Shown: positions 9,667 to 19,396, numbered from the whole stretch's first letter. The stretch: 63,634 nt of DNA, filler included, from 10 parts of 10 records of this genome joined end to end with filler, not necessarily neighbours in it, one strand, 5' to 3'. Notes: generated by a model from the letters alone, not told the origin. Made by a program: numbers and translations.

Positions 9667-11289
9667 ATGAAACTTGGAGTTGCAATAGATATTGGTACCA
9701 GTGGTATAAGAGCACAGAAGATCGACCTTGATACGGGGGACATCCAGAAAACAGTAATAACCCTCCGTAACCCGCTCCCTGGGGCAAATGTTATGGATCA
9801 CCTGGATTTTGCCATTACTTATGGTCTGGACCTTGCTCAGGGCCTGCACGTTAACGCGGTAAAACACGTTATAGGGACATTGGGAGTCAAGCCTGAAGAA
9901 CTGGAAAGGATGTCAATTTGTGGAAATCCTATACAGCTTTCAATATTCCAGGGAATCCCAATCGATGACCTTGCATATGCAGGTGAAAGGAAGAAGGAAA
10001 AACTAAACATCAAGGAATCTGATAGAAGCGCAAGGATCATTGCTTGTTCTGAGATCGCAGGGCTTGAAGTATATCCAAACGCACAGCTTGTAGTTCCGCC
10101 AGCAATCAGGCACGAAGTTGGTGCCGACGCACTTGCACTTATCATTAAGTCAGGATTCCTGGACACAAAGGAAACAGCTATCGCAACTGACTACGGAACA
10201 AATGCTGAAATGGCGCTCATCCATGAGGGCACTATCTATACAGGTTCCGCAGCAGCAGGTCCTGCACTGGAAGGTCAGCAAATCAAATACGGTAACCTTG
10301 CATCACCATTCGTCATATCAGATGTTGAGTTTGAGGGTAAGAACATACGTAACTATGTACTTGACGCGGATATGGACACCGTCAAGGCACAGCTGATCAA
10401 CCCTGATAATGGGGACGTTATCGAAGAAGATTCAATTAAGGCAAAGGGAATTACCGGTACCGGTGTTATCGCTATCATCGAGGCAGGTATGAAGACAGGC
10501 ATCATCCAGCTCCCAAAAATCAATACCCCTGACCACATACTCTATCTACAGGACAGGATCAAGTTCTTCGAAAGTGATGTTGAGGCAGCAGGTCTTGCAA
10601 TCGGTGCTATTCGTGCTGGTCACCTTGCTCTTTGTAATGCAGCCGGTGTTGAGGTTGCTGATGTAAAGAAAGCATATATGTCCGGTGCAGCAGGTACCTA
10701 CATGGACGCTGTCAAGGCGCATCAGGTCGGTATGGTCCCATACAATGTTGATGAAGTCATACAGATCGGTAACACATCACTTATTGTCGCAAGGGAAATT
10801 CTCCTTTCAGAGGACAGGCTCTGGGAACTCCAGGACATTGCCGGAAAGATCGTCAGTAATCACGTAATGTTTGCAACAGACCCAGCCTTTAAGGAAGCAT
10901 ACATCCAGGAGATATCCTACTGGGGAGAAGGAATGCCTTTCAAGATGCTGAAGAAATTCCTTAAGAAGAAGGGACTTCCAAAGATAGACCTTCCAGAGGG
11001 CGAAGTCAGTGTAAATAAGGTCGTTGAGAAAGATATTCCTGTACTTGGTCCCGAAGGACTTGAAGTCATTGAGCAGGTTGGAACATACCTTACTATGAAA
11101 GTTGACTGTCCTGAGTGTGAGAAGTGCATCAAGGTCTGCCCTAACGACGCAATCACAATGGATTCCGAAGGCATTGTAATGATCAGCTCTGACCTCTGTG
11201 ACGGTGCGAATTGCAAGAGGTGTATCAATGCATGTCCGAATGACAAGTTCAAGTGGGAAAACCTTGTAGTAATGGAAGAGGCAGCATAA
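9667..11289 (+). CDS. ramA: Methyltransferase corrinoid protein reductive activase (RamA/RamM family; ASKHA ATPase plus C-terminal ferredoxin)
   Basis: AIDIGTSG, PLPGANVMDH, ATDYGTNAEMAL, GSAAAGPALEG; C-terminal CPECEKCIKVCP and CDGANCKRCINACP; near mtaCB, so it may be the methanol-linked paralog. Confidence 0.9.
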   Translation: MKLGVAIDIGTSGIRAQKIDLDTGDIQKTVITLRNPLPGANVMDHLDFAITYGLDLAQGLHVNAVKHVIGTLGVKPEELERMSICGNPIQLSIFQGIPIDDLAYAGERKKEKLNIKESDRSARIIACSEIAGLEVYPNAQLVVPPAIRHEVGADALALIIKSGFLDTKETAIATDYGTNAEMALIHEGTIYTGSAAAGPALEGQQIKYGNLASPFVISDVEFEGKNIRNYVLDADMDTVKAQLINPDNGDVIEEDSIKAKGITGTGVIAIIEAGMKTGIIQLPKINTPDHILYLQDRIKFFESDVEAAGLAIGAIRAGHLALCNAAGVEVADVKKAYMSGAAGTYMDAVKAHQVGMVPYNVDEVIQIGNTSLIVAREILLSEDRLWELQDIAGKIVSNHVMFATDPAFKEAYIQEISYWGEGMPFKMLKKFLKKKGLPKIDLPEGEVSVNKVVEKDIPVLGPEGLEVIEQVGTYLTMKVDCPECEKCIKVCPNDAITMDSEGIVMISSDLCDGANCKRCINACPNDKFKWENLVVMEEAA

Positions 11290-11321
11290 GCCTCTTTTAA
11301 ACTTTTTAGAAGGAATAAAAA

Positions 11322-12446
11322 ATGAAAATACTCGTAGTTGGTGGGTTCTTAGGTAGCGGAAAAACATCCACCATTATAAGATTAGGCAAAGAATTCAGTG
11401 CAACAGGTCAGAAGATCGCAGTCATAGTCAATGAGATCGGCGAGGTAGGTCTTGACGGCGATGTGATATCCAAATACGGCCTTGACATGACCGAGCTTAC
11501 AAGTGGGTGCATTTGCTGTTCTCTTAAAGTCAACATGAAGGCGACGTTAAAAATTCTCAAGAAGGAATATAATCCGGATATTGTGCTTATAGAGCCTACT
11601 GGGATTGCGTTCCCTCAGCTCATCAAGAATGAGATCGACCTGATGGAACTAAAGGATACTACAATTCAGCCCCTTGTTACACTTATAGATGGTAGCAGGT
11701 TCAAACAGTTGATGAAAGAAGCAAAGAACTTTGCCATGCGCCAGATAATCGATGCTGAGATCCTGGGCATCAATAAAATTGACCTTATAGATGAGATTCG
11801 CATTCCGATTATAGAGGCATCCGTACAGCAACTGAACCCTAAGGCACAGGTTATCCTGCTTTCTACATCAAAGCAAGATGAACACTGGACTAACTTTGTG
11901 AAGCTTGCCATGGGCGATGTGCCTGAAAATCAGGATAAGCATGAACTCAAAACTACCAGTTCTGAGACAGAGGTTATCGATGAGCAGACGGGTAAACCGG
12001 TGGAAGCGACACTTGATTCCATTGAGGCATCGGGCATAGCAAGTTATGCCACGGAATTCCAGCTTGACGGCAAGATTCCAACAGATGTTGCACAGGTAAC
12101 CGCACAGGATATCATGAAAGATCTCAAAGCAAAGGTTATGGAGCTAAGTCCGGAGTTTGTTGGGCATATCAAACTGTTCATTGAATCGGATTCCAATACT
12201 ATAAAGACAAACCTTACGGCATTTGATCAGGATATTACTGTAGAAGTGATCGATACTGTTCCCGAGGATACGCCCCGACTCAAGGTACTCTCTGCAGTTT
12301 CAAGTATTGACAAGGATAAGCTTATAGAGATAGTAAATGCTACCATTTCTGGGAAATTGTCCGGTCAGAATATTAGATTCGAGCACAAGAAGCCACATGA
12401 TCATGATCACGACCATGGTCACCCTAAACCAATTAACCTAATTTAA
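11322..12446 (+). CDS. CobW/COG0523-type (G3E) GTPase metallochaperone with His-rich tail
   Basis: GFLGSGKT, NEIGEVGLDG, GCICC, IEPTG; C-terminal HDHDHDHGH. Confidence 0.88.
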   Translation: MKILVVGGFLGSGKTSTIIRLGKEFSATGQKIAVIVNEIGEVGLDGDVISKYGLDMTELTSGCICCSLKVNMKATLKILKKEYNPDIVLIEPTGIAFPQLIKNEIDLMELKDTTIQPLVTLIDGSRFKQLMKEAKNFAMRQIIDAEILGINKIDLIDEIRIPIIEASVQQLNPKAQVILLSTSKQDEHWTNFVKLAMGDVPENQDKHELKTTSSETEVIDEQTGKPVEATLDSIEASGIASYATEFQLDGKIPTDVAQVTAQDIMKDLKAKVMELSPEFVGHIKLFIESDSNTIKTNLTAFDQDITVEVIDTVPEDTPRLKVLSAVSSIDKDKLIEIVNATISGKLSGQNIRFEHKKPHDHDHDHGHPKPINLI

Positions 12447-12473
12447 CCTAATCAACAACAATTGACTAAAGGG

Positions 12474-12532
12474 CAGGCATCTATCAACAATGCCTGTAGC
12501 TTCTTTTTTTTGAATTTCTTTCTCTTTTTTTT
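12474..12532 (+). terminator. Hairpin plus oligo-T terminator after the GTPase gene
   Basis: CAGGCAT...ATGCCTG stem followed by two long T tracts. Confidence 0.6.
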
Positions 12533-13100
12533 GAAATTGTATGTGTGCACTATTTGAAAAATATAAGATTCTTTGCTCCCCCCACATGAGTGATTGATTC
12601 GGCGGGCAGCTGGTATATAAGTGTTACGTACATTTGCTACATAACCGGACATGCGCAATATAGTTTGACTGTAGTATTGTAGACTTCGACATTTGACGTT
12701 ACTTAAATCAAACGGTTAACAATAACACCAGAAAATATGATTTGTTCTAAAAAGTGGGAAAGAACAAAATGGATCATGAAAATATCCGAAGAAATTAGCA
12801 CACAGTATCAAGAAAATAAGGGATATATAATATATAAAATAAAGAGTATTTAATTATGTACAACAAGCAAACTTTAGTTAATAGGGTGAAATCGTCAAAT
12901 TTCGCCGGTGTTATTTAAAGCTATCTGTCACTCTGTAAATAGTATGCAACGTTTATGTAAACAATACAAAGAAGTAATGCATGGACATCCTAAATATAAT
13001 CAGACTTAGAAGCCGTGAAGTACCCAAAAAAAAGAAAACGGCCGAGACTGTATGAAAATATATATGTAATTTGTATTCCAACTTTATTATAAAATATAGG

Positions 13101-13118
13101 AACCGCTAGGTTTAAATA
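13101..13118 (+). promoter_or_regulatory. Archaeal BRE/TATA promoter for mtaCB
   Basis: AACCGCTAGG-TTTAAATA about 200 nt upstream of mtaC; AAGGAGGT ribosome-binding site before ATG 13321. Confidence 0.55.
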
Positions 13119-13320
13119 TCTGCCTAGAATAGGTGTTTATGTGGAAAGATGAAGTTAGCAAATAACTAAAGATCATTAGCAAATGGTTGTGGAGACTTTT
13201 GCTAGATAAAATAGTTAGAAGCCAACGGATGTCCATCTGCTGCTCTTGTTGGCATACTTCGTGTGAATGTATGCAGCGTTGCAGTAGGAAGTCAATCTAG
13301 ATCTAAGGAGGTAGAATTAG

Positions 13321-14082
13321 ATGGATGTAGACCCAAGTAAAATATTAGTTAGGTACAATGTTGCTAAAGAAAAAGCACAGACACCTGAAGAGATGGCAGC
13401 TGAGCTGTACCCAAGTGCAGAACCAGCAAAATCAATTTGTGCAGCAATCTTTGATGGAGAAGAAGACGACGTGATCGAGGGCCTCGAGAAGGCAATCGAG
13501 GGCGGAGCAGACCCAATAGCACTCATCGACGATGTGCTTATGGTCGGAATGAAGATCACCACAGACTTATATGACCAGGGTGTTATCTTCCTGCCAAACG
13601 TTATGATGTCAGCAGATGCAATGCTCGAGGGTATCGAGTTCTGTAAGGAACAGGGTAACAGCGCACCAGAGCCAAAGGGCAAGATCGTATGCCACGTAGC
13701 AGAAGGTGACGTACACGACATAGGAAAGACAATTGTAGCAGCACTCCTCAGAGCAGCTGGATACGATGTAGTCGACCTTGGCCGTGATGTACCAGTAGAT
13801 GAAGTTATCGCAGCTGTAAAGAAGGAAAGCCCAATGATGCTTACCGGAACAGCACTGATGACAACAACAATGTATGCATTCAAGGAAGTCAATGACAGAC
13901 TCCTCGAATCCGGAATCAAACTACCATTCCAGTGTGGTGGCGGAGCAGTAAACCAGGACTTCGTTACACAGTACGAACTCGGTGTCTATGGTGAAGAAGC
14001 AGCAGACGCACCAAAGATGGCAGACGCAATCCTTTCAGGAAAGGGTCTTGCACAGCTTAAGGAGCAGTTCCACAAACACTAA
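13321..14082 (+). CDS. mtaC: Methanol corrinoid protein
   Basis: RYNVAKEKAQTPEE N-terminus, GDVHDIGK B12-binding motif, TALMTTTM, terminal FHKH. Confidence 0.96.
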   Translation: MDVDPSKILVRYNVAKEKAQTPEEMAAELYPSAEPAKSICAAIFDGEEDDVIEGLEKAIEGGADPIALIDDVLMVGMKITTDLYDQGVIFLPNVMMSADAMLEGIEFCKEQGNSAPEPKGKIVCHVAEGDVHDIGKTIVAALLRAAGYDVVDLGRDVPVDEVIAAVKKESPMMLTGTALMTTTMYAFKEVNDRLLESGIKLPFQCGGGAVNQDFVTQYELGVYGEEAADAPKMADAILSGKGLAQLKEQFHKH

Positions 14083-14097
14083 ACAGAGGTGACAGAA

Positions 14098-14766
14098 ATG
14101 GTTAAAAGATACACATCACTTGCATACAAAGCTGCTGACGACATGATCTTCGGTAAGTCAGTATACCCAGTAAAGGCAGAACTTGGATTAGAAGTTGGTG
14201 CAGGATACGTAACTGCAGAAGTTAACTACGCACCAAGACCAGAAGCTGGTGTCTCCAAGGAGAAACTCGTTTCAGAATACCGCAGACTTACAACCGATAT
14301 CATGGCAAGAGCAGTCCAGATCGGTTTCCCTGCAGTCTCACTTGAGACAGAGCACGTCGAGCAGATGACCAACAACCCAGACTGGGGAGGAGAAGTCGCT
14401 CACGTACAGAAGACAATTCTTGAAGAATACCACGAAGAATATGGCATCAAATGTGGTCTCAGACACACACCTGGTGACATCCGTGAAAACCGTGACCTTC
14501 TTGCACTTATCGGTGACAAGTATGACAAGCTCATGGAATCCTTCGAGCAGGTAGCAGACAACGGAGCAGACTTCCTGTCCATCGAAACAATGGGCGGTAA
14601 GGAAATCCTTGACTACGCAATCCTCAGGAACGATATCCCAGGTCTTGTATACGCAATTGGCTGCCTCGGTTCAATGGACATGACCATGATCTGGTCAGAC
14701 ATTAGGAAGATCGCAGACAAGAAGGGAAGAATTGCAGCTGGTGACACAGACTGTGCACAGGCAAAC
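14098..14766 (+). CDS. mtaB: Methanol:corrinoid methyltransferase (3' truncated)
   Basis: KRYTSLAY, NYAPRPEAG, LETEHVEQM, ETMGGKE, GDTDCAQAN; GAGGTGA ribosome-binding site before ATG 14098. Confidence 0.96.
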
Positions 14767-14866
14767 NNNNNNNNNNNNNNNNNNNNNNNNNNNNNNNNNN
14801 NNNNNNNNNNTTAATTAATTAANNNNNNNNNNNNNNNNNNNNNNNNNNNNNNNNNNNNNNNNNNNN
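14767..14866. other. Artificial contig spacer
   Basis: N run + TTAATTAATTAA + N run. Confidence 0.99.
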
Positions 14867-15165
14867 GCAAAAAAACCGCAATAAAGGCAGTGGGTGGTGC
14901 AGAAGGGAATGTGGAGATATGCGCTTGTTTTGTCCCGGCGCAGTGTCTTTGACAGGGTATGCCATGCCTCGGCAGTCTTTTCCTGTGGCACAGGCGTGCC
15001 CCCAAGACCGGCATGCACGACTGTTTTTTTCTGAAATGCGCCGGTGAGCGGGTTATCGCATATTTCGGCAAAATAATGGCGGTCCAACGACGTGTCGCCA
15101 AAGGTATCCAGCAGTTTGAGCTTTGCGTTGGCATTCTGTCGATTCATGCTGATTCTTTGTTTCAT
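14867..15165 (-). CDS. hutW: HemN-like class C radical SAM enzyme, probably anaerobic heme-degrading HutW/ChuW (N-terminal fragment)
   Basis: YLHIPFCTTHCLYCGF motif after a ChuW-like N-terminal extension; divergent from a TonB cluster. Start is ATG 15165 or TTG 15177. Confidence 0.7.
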
Positions 15166-15245
15166 GGTCAGGGTCAAAACTCCTTTTTCCGAGATGTAGT
15201 TGACAGAAATGTTGCTTTGATTGTTCTTTTTGTTTTAAAAAGTCA

Positions 15246-15272
15246 TGTATAGCAAACTATTTATTATGTCAA
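15246..15272 (-). promoter_or_regulatory. Candidate sigma70 promoter for hutW
   Basis: TTGACA at 15272-15267, with TATACA 15 nt downstream on the minus strand (short spacing). Confidence 0.4.
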
Positions 15273-15340
15273 GTTGGTTCTGTGGATTGGTCTATAAGTG
15301 ATGGTCGAGAAAAATTAAATGTTATTGATTAAATTTTTAG

Positions 15341-15369
15341 TTGCAGCTTAATATTTTTTGGTGTATATA
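15341..15369 (+). promoter_or_regulatory. Candidate sigma70 promoter for the TonB cluster
   Basis: TTGCAG-N17-TATATA. Confidence 0.4.
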
Positions 15370-15468
15370 GGTTTTCTCAAAAGGACGGATAACGTCGCCC
15401 TACGAAAGGAGTCTTTTAAAATCAATGGGTTAATATTTCAATGAAGGACTGCAAAGGAGATCTTAAGA

Positions 15469-16251
15469 TTGTATAGGTTCAATTGGATTATTTTTTTGTT
15501 CATGCTGTTCAGCCTGACTTTTTTCTCAACAAATGCCGTGCATGCCGGTGAAAAACCACTAAGTAAAACGATTCGGGACGATCTCGGTCAGGTCATCAAG
15601 GTGGAAAAAAATGTTCAGAATATAAGGAAAGACTGGTCTGAACAGTCAAAGACCATGGCGGGCCGGTTGCAGACCTTGGAAACCCGGGAATCTGAGCTGG
15701 AAAAGCGCCTGGAGAAAATGAATCTGCGTCTGAAACTGGAGCAGGATCGGCTGGATGAAAATCTTCGTCGTGAAAAGGAAACCGAGCGGGTGGAAGCTGA
15801 GTTGGGGCTTTTTCTGGATTCAGTGCTTCTGCGTCTGGAATCAGCCATTGTTGCAGATCTTCCGTTCCTTGAAGCGGAGCGCCAGGGCCGCCTTGCCGAC
15901 CTGAAAATGATGATGGTGGACCCTCAAACTTCTTCTGCCGAAAAATTCAGGCGCATATTTGAGGCCCTTCAGATTGAGGCGGAATACGGCATCTCCGTGG
16001 AAGTCACCCAGACAACTGTGGAACTTGACCGGGTTCCGGTTCTTGTGGACATGCTTCGGGTGGGCCGGGTCAGTCTTTTGTGCCAGACCATTGACCAGAA
16101 AAAAAGCGCGGTGTTTGATCCGGGGCAAAAAAACTGGCAAACGCTGCCCGAAAGCGTCAACCGTGATATTTCCAGGGCCGTGGCCATGGCCCGGCTGGAA
16201 AGAAGTATTGAACTTGTTAAACTCCCGTTGGGAAGGATTGCTTCACAATGA
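15469..16251 (+). CDS. DUF3450-family periplasmic coiled-coil protein (TtpB-like)
   Basis: Signal peptide, coiled coil, DLPFL..ER, AEKFRRIFEALQIEAEYG, LRVGRVSL. Confidence 0.85.
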   Translation: MYRFNWIIFLFMLFSLTFFSTNAVHAGEKPLSKTIRDDLGQVIKVEKNVQNIRKDWSEQSKTMAGRLQTLETRESELEKRLEKMNLRLKLEQDRLDENLRREKETERVEAELGLFLDSVLLRLESAIVADLPFLEAERQGRLADLKMMMVDPQTSSAEKFRRIFEALQIEAEYGISVEVTQTTVELDRVPVLVDMLRVGRVSLLCQTIDQKKSAVFDPGQKNWQTLPESVNRDISRAVAMARLERSIELVKLPLGRIASQ

Positions 16252-17657
16252 AATTTTTTTCACATTTGATGTCAGGATTGATCGTTTTCATCATGGTTAC
16301 GGCTGTATTTGCCGGGGTTGCCCTGGCAAGGGATCTTCGCCAGGCTGCTGTTGAAGCCAGGAAACAACTGGAAGACTCCCATAAAAAAGATCGCATCGTA
16401 CGATCGCAAATCCAGGCTGACAAAAGTCGGATGTCCCAGGAACTTAACCGGCTAAAGTCCCGGGTTATTGCCCTTGAAGCCGAGGTGAATGGGAAAATCA
16501 GGCAAGTGGATGCGTTGGCCCTGGAAAATGCCGAACTGGATGAAAAGACAGTCGTTCGCCAGACCCGGCTCAATGAGCTTTCCGGTGCTGTCAGGGTGGC
16601 GGCAGGCAATTTAAATTCCCTGCTGGCGGAATCTGCATATACGGCCCGGGAGCCTGAACGCTTAAACCGTCTTTCCCCTGTTCTGGATTCCAGCCGTTTT
16701 CCGGGGCTTGATGACATGGCCGCTGTGGCAGATCTGTTTTTAGAAGAAATGCGCCTGACAGGCGGTATTGATATCCGGAACATGCCCTTTATTTCAGATG
16801 CCGGGGAAACGGTTGAAGGCCGGGTTTTGAGCCTGGGCGGGTTTACCTGGGCCTATGAAAAGGATGAAAAAAGCGGTTTTCTTGAATACTCCCAGGATAC
16901 AAAAAAGCTTTATGCGCTGTCCGCGCTGCCTGCCAGGGGGGTTCAAAAAAATCTGTCCGGTTATATGAACGGCAAAACAGATAACGTGTTCATTGATATT
17001 TCCCGGGGCGGGGCGCTAAAACAGATCACCCATCAGCAAACCCTGAAGGACCAGATTGAAAAAGGCGGCGTTCTGGTCTGGCCCATCCTGGCTTTAGGTG
17101 TGTTTGCCGTCGTCATCGGCATTGAGCGTACCATGTTTTTAGGACGGGTTCACGCCAATACCGACAAGGTCATGGGCCGGGTCAATGATCTGGCGGCCCA
17201 GGGTGAATGGGATGACTGCCAAAAGATTGTGGGTAAGAAAAAGGTGCCGGTGTACAATGTGCTTCGTGCAGGACTCAACGCCAGAAAGGAAAATAGGGAA
17301 ACCCTGGAAAGCGTTCTTCAGGAGTCTATTTTGAAAGAGTTGCCCAGGCTTGAGCGATTTTTACCCATGCTCAATATCATGGGGGCCATTTCTCCGCTTC
17401 TCGGCCTTTTAGGTACGGTGACCGGCATGATCTCAACGTTTCATGTCATTACCCTTTACGGTACAGGTGATCCCCGAATGATGTCCGGCGGCATTTCCAC
17501 AGCCCTTATTACGACCATGCTGGGTTTGGCCGTAGCGATTCCCATTATGCTTTTATATACTTTTTTGTGCCGTCGTGTGGCACATGTGATCGGCGATATG
17601 GAAGAAAAAGCCGTAGCCCTGAGCAATATCGTTTTCAGGGGAGGCCAGCAGGCATGA
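16248..17657 (+). CDS. Long MotA/TolQ/ExbB-family protein (TtpC-like)
   Basis: Periplasmic coiled-coil N-terminus plus ExbB domain PLLGLLGTVTGMI..F, GGISTALITT.LGL. Confidence 0.88.
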   Translation: MKFFSHLMSGLIVFIMVTAVFAGVALARDLRQAAVEARKQLEDSHKKDRIVRSQIQADKSRMSQELNRLKSRVIALEAEVNGKIRQVDALALENAELDEKTVVRQTRLNELSGAVRVAAGNLNSLLAESAYTAREPERLNRLSPVLDSSRFPGLDDMAAVADLFLEEMRLTGGIDIRNMPFISDAGETVEGRVLSLGGFTWAYEKDEKSGFLEYSQDTKKLYALSALPARGVQKNLSGYMNGKTDNVFIDISRGGALKQITHQQTLKDQIEKGGVLVWPILALGVFAVVIGIERTMFLGRVHANTDKVMGRVNDLAAQGEWDDCQKIVGKKKVPVYNVLRAGLNARKENRETLESVLQESILKELPRLERFLPMLNIMGAISPLLGLLGTVTGMISTFHVITLYGTGDPRMMSGGISTALITTMLGLAVAIPIMLLYTFLCRRVAHVIGDMEEKAVALSNIVFRGGQQA

Positions 17658-18265
17658 ACTCGGATCTGGTCGGAAATATTTTGGCTTACCTGAGCCAGGG
17701 CGGCACCGTCATGATTCCTTTGATCCTGTGCTCTTTTATCATGTGGGCGCTGATTTTGGACCGGATGTTTTTCTTTTCCCGCCTGGAACAAAAAGACATC
17801 GCCCTTCATGCATTGGTCAGGATTCTGGACAGGGATCCGGCATCCAGGTGTTTGGTGCCGGTCGGGTCAAAAGGCCCCCGGGCACATCTGGCCCGTTATC
17901 TTCTGGCCCACCGGACCAAAGATTGTCAAGTGAACAAACGGATTGTGGATCAGTGCTGCATGGTCATGTTGCCCGGGCTTGAGCGGCACCTTGCCGCCAT
18001 TGCAGTCTTTGCGGCGGTGGCGCCTTTGTTCGGTCTTTTAGGAACCGTCACCGGCATGATTACTACTTTTGATGTGATCACCCTGTTTGGTACGGGCAAT
18101 GCCAAAGCCATGGCGGGCGGCATTTCCGAGGCACTTGTGACCACCCAGAGCGGTCTTGTGGTATCCATCCCCGGTTTTTTTATGAGTGCATTGCTGTTCA
18201 GGCGTTCCCATGCAGCCAAAAATCGCCTGGAAGAGGCGGCTATTATTCTTAAAAGAAGGCTCTGA
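17654..18265 (+). CDS. exbB: ExbB proton-channel protein
   Basis: APLFGLLGTVTGMI, GGISEALVTTQSGL; ATG 17654 overlaps the upstream stop. Confidence 0.88.
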   Translation: MNSDLVGNILAYLSQGGTVMIPLILCSFIMWALILDRMFFFSRLEQKDIALHALVRILDRDPASRCLVPVGSKGPRAHLARYLLAHRTKDCQVNKRIVDQCCMVMLPGLERHLAAIAVFAAVAPLFGLLGTVTGMITTFDVITLFGTGNAKAMAGGISEALVTTQSGLVVSIPGFFMSALLFRRSHAAKNRLEEAAIILKRRL

Positions 18266-18279
18266 AAAGGAGATAGGGA

Positions 18280-18702
18280 ATGATTAATGTAAGAAGTTCT
18301 TTGCGCATGAAAAGCAATGAGATGGATATCAACATGAGTCCGCTTATTGACCTTGTATTTTTGCTGCTGATTTTTTTTATGGTGACCACAAGTTTTGTCA
18401 GAGAGACAGGTATTGATGTCCAACGCCCCTCGGCCTCATCGGCCACATTGACCGAAAACGGCAATATCCTTGTGGCTGTCTCCCAAGACGGCACCATCCA
18501 TTTCGACGGGCAAAAAATTGATGTCCGAAGCGTCAGAGCCCATATTACCCGGGCCTTGGCCCAGAATCCCGAAGGGGCTGTGGTGATTGTGGCAGACAAA
18601 GTCAGTTATACGGGCAAGGTAATCCAGGTGATGGACCAGTGTCGCCTGGCCGGTGCCAAACGGGTGAGCATTGCCGCCACCAGGGCGGGAGAGTCCGGTT
18701 AA
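18280..18702 (+). CDS. exbD: Biopolymer transport protein ExbD
   Basis: INMSPLIDLVFLLLIFFMVTT motif. Confidence 0.93.
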   Translation: MINVRSSLRMKSNEMDINMSPLIDLVFLLLIFFMVTTSFVRETGIDVQRPSASSATLTENGNILVAVSQDGTIHFDGQKIDVRSVRAHITRALAQNPEGAVVIVADKVSYTGKVIQVMDQCRLAGAKRVSIAATRAGESG

Positions 18703-19394
18703 TGAAATTGCCATATCAACAATCGTATCTACTCCGGGGCGCTTTCGGGGCCATGATCATCAACCTGGCCCTGTTCGGGCTTTTGCCCGGCCTGATTCAT
18801 ATGGAAACCCGCTCCGGGGATCTGGAAAGCCTGAATGTGGTGACCTTTACACGGCTTAAACCCCAGCCGCTCCAGCCGGAACCCGAGAAAAAAGAGGAAA
18901 TTAAAGAAGAAAAACCACCGGAAAAAATTCATAAAATTGTTCACCAGGAGCATTTGAACGTACCCAAACAACAATTGAAGATGGAAATGCCCAGCCTGGA
19001 TTTAAATATTGATCCAAGGCTTGCCGGCGATATTCACATGATTTCGTCGGCAACGCCTGGGCCTGTAGCAACTTCCGGCACCGGACCTGATTTCAATGCC
19101 GCCATGGACCTGGATGCAGTGGATACCATTCCTGTTCCCCGGTTTAAAGCCGCCCCCAGATATCCTTACCGAGCCAAGCGAATGGGACGGGAGGGAACCG
19201 TTAAAATTCGTTTCCTGGTGGACAAGGAGGGGCATGTGTCGGACATCAAAATTCTGGAAGCAAAACCCCCGGGATTTTTTGAAGAGGCGGTTATGGATGC
19301 CGTGTCTACATGGAAATACGCACCTGGTGAGCTTATGGGCAGAAAGGTGAAAACGTTGGTCACCACCTCGGTGGTATTTAAATTGGAGAAATAA
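18702..19394 (+). CDS. tonB: Energy transducer TonB
   Basis: N-terminal TM, Pro/Glu/Lys linker, C-terminal PRYPYRAKRMGREGTV. Confidence 0.9.
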   Translation: MKLPYQQSYLLRGAFGAMIINLALFGLLPGLIHMETRSGDLESLNVVTFTRLKPQPLQPEPEKKEEIKEEKPPEKIHKIVHQEHLNVPKQQLKMEMPSLDLNIDPRLAGDIHMISSATPGPVATSGTGPDFNAAMDLDAVDTIPVPRFKAAPRYPYRAKRMGREGTVKIRFLVDKEGHVSDIKILEAKPPGFFEEAVMDAVSTWKYAPGELMGRKVKTLVTTSVVFKLEK

Positions 19395-19396
19395 CA

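Noticed and set aside
12433..12452. Tandem TTAACCTAAT resembling half of a DtxR box
   Set aside because: It overlaps a stop codon, is not palindromic and is not in a promoter position.
12452..12658. 68-aa minus-strand ORF with a poly-Lys tract
   Set aside because: The Lys run is the reverse complement of the terminator T tracts.
12981..13236. Perfect inverted 10-mer ATGGACATCC / GGATGTCCAT about 250 nt apart
   Set aside because: A single 10-bp match in about 900 nt is plausible by chance, and one arm lies upstream of the likely promoter.
13321..14766. Pyrrolysine or selenocysteine recoding in mta, hydrogenase or CCG genes
   Set aside because: No in-frame TAG or TGA interrupts these genes.
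15310..15445. Possible Fur boxes between hutW and the TonB cluster
   Set aside because: Only half-site matches (ATTGATTA, ATTTCAAT) in AT-rich DNA; not enough to call.
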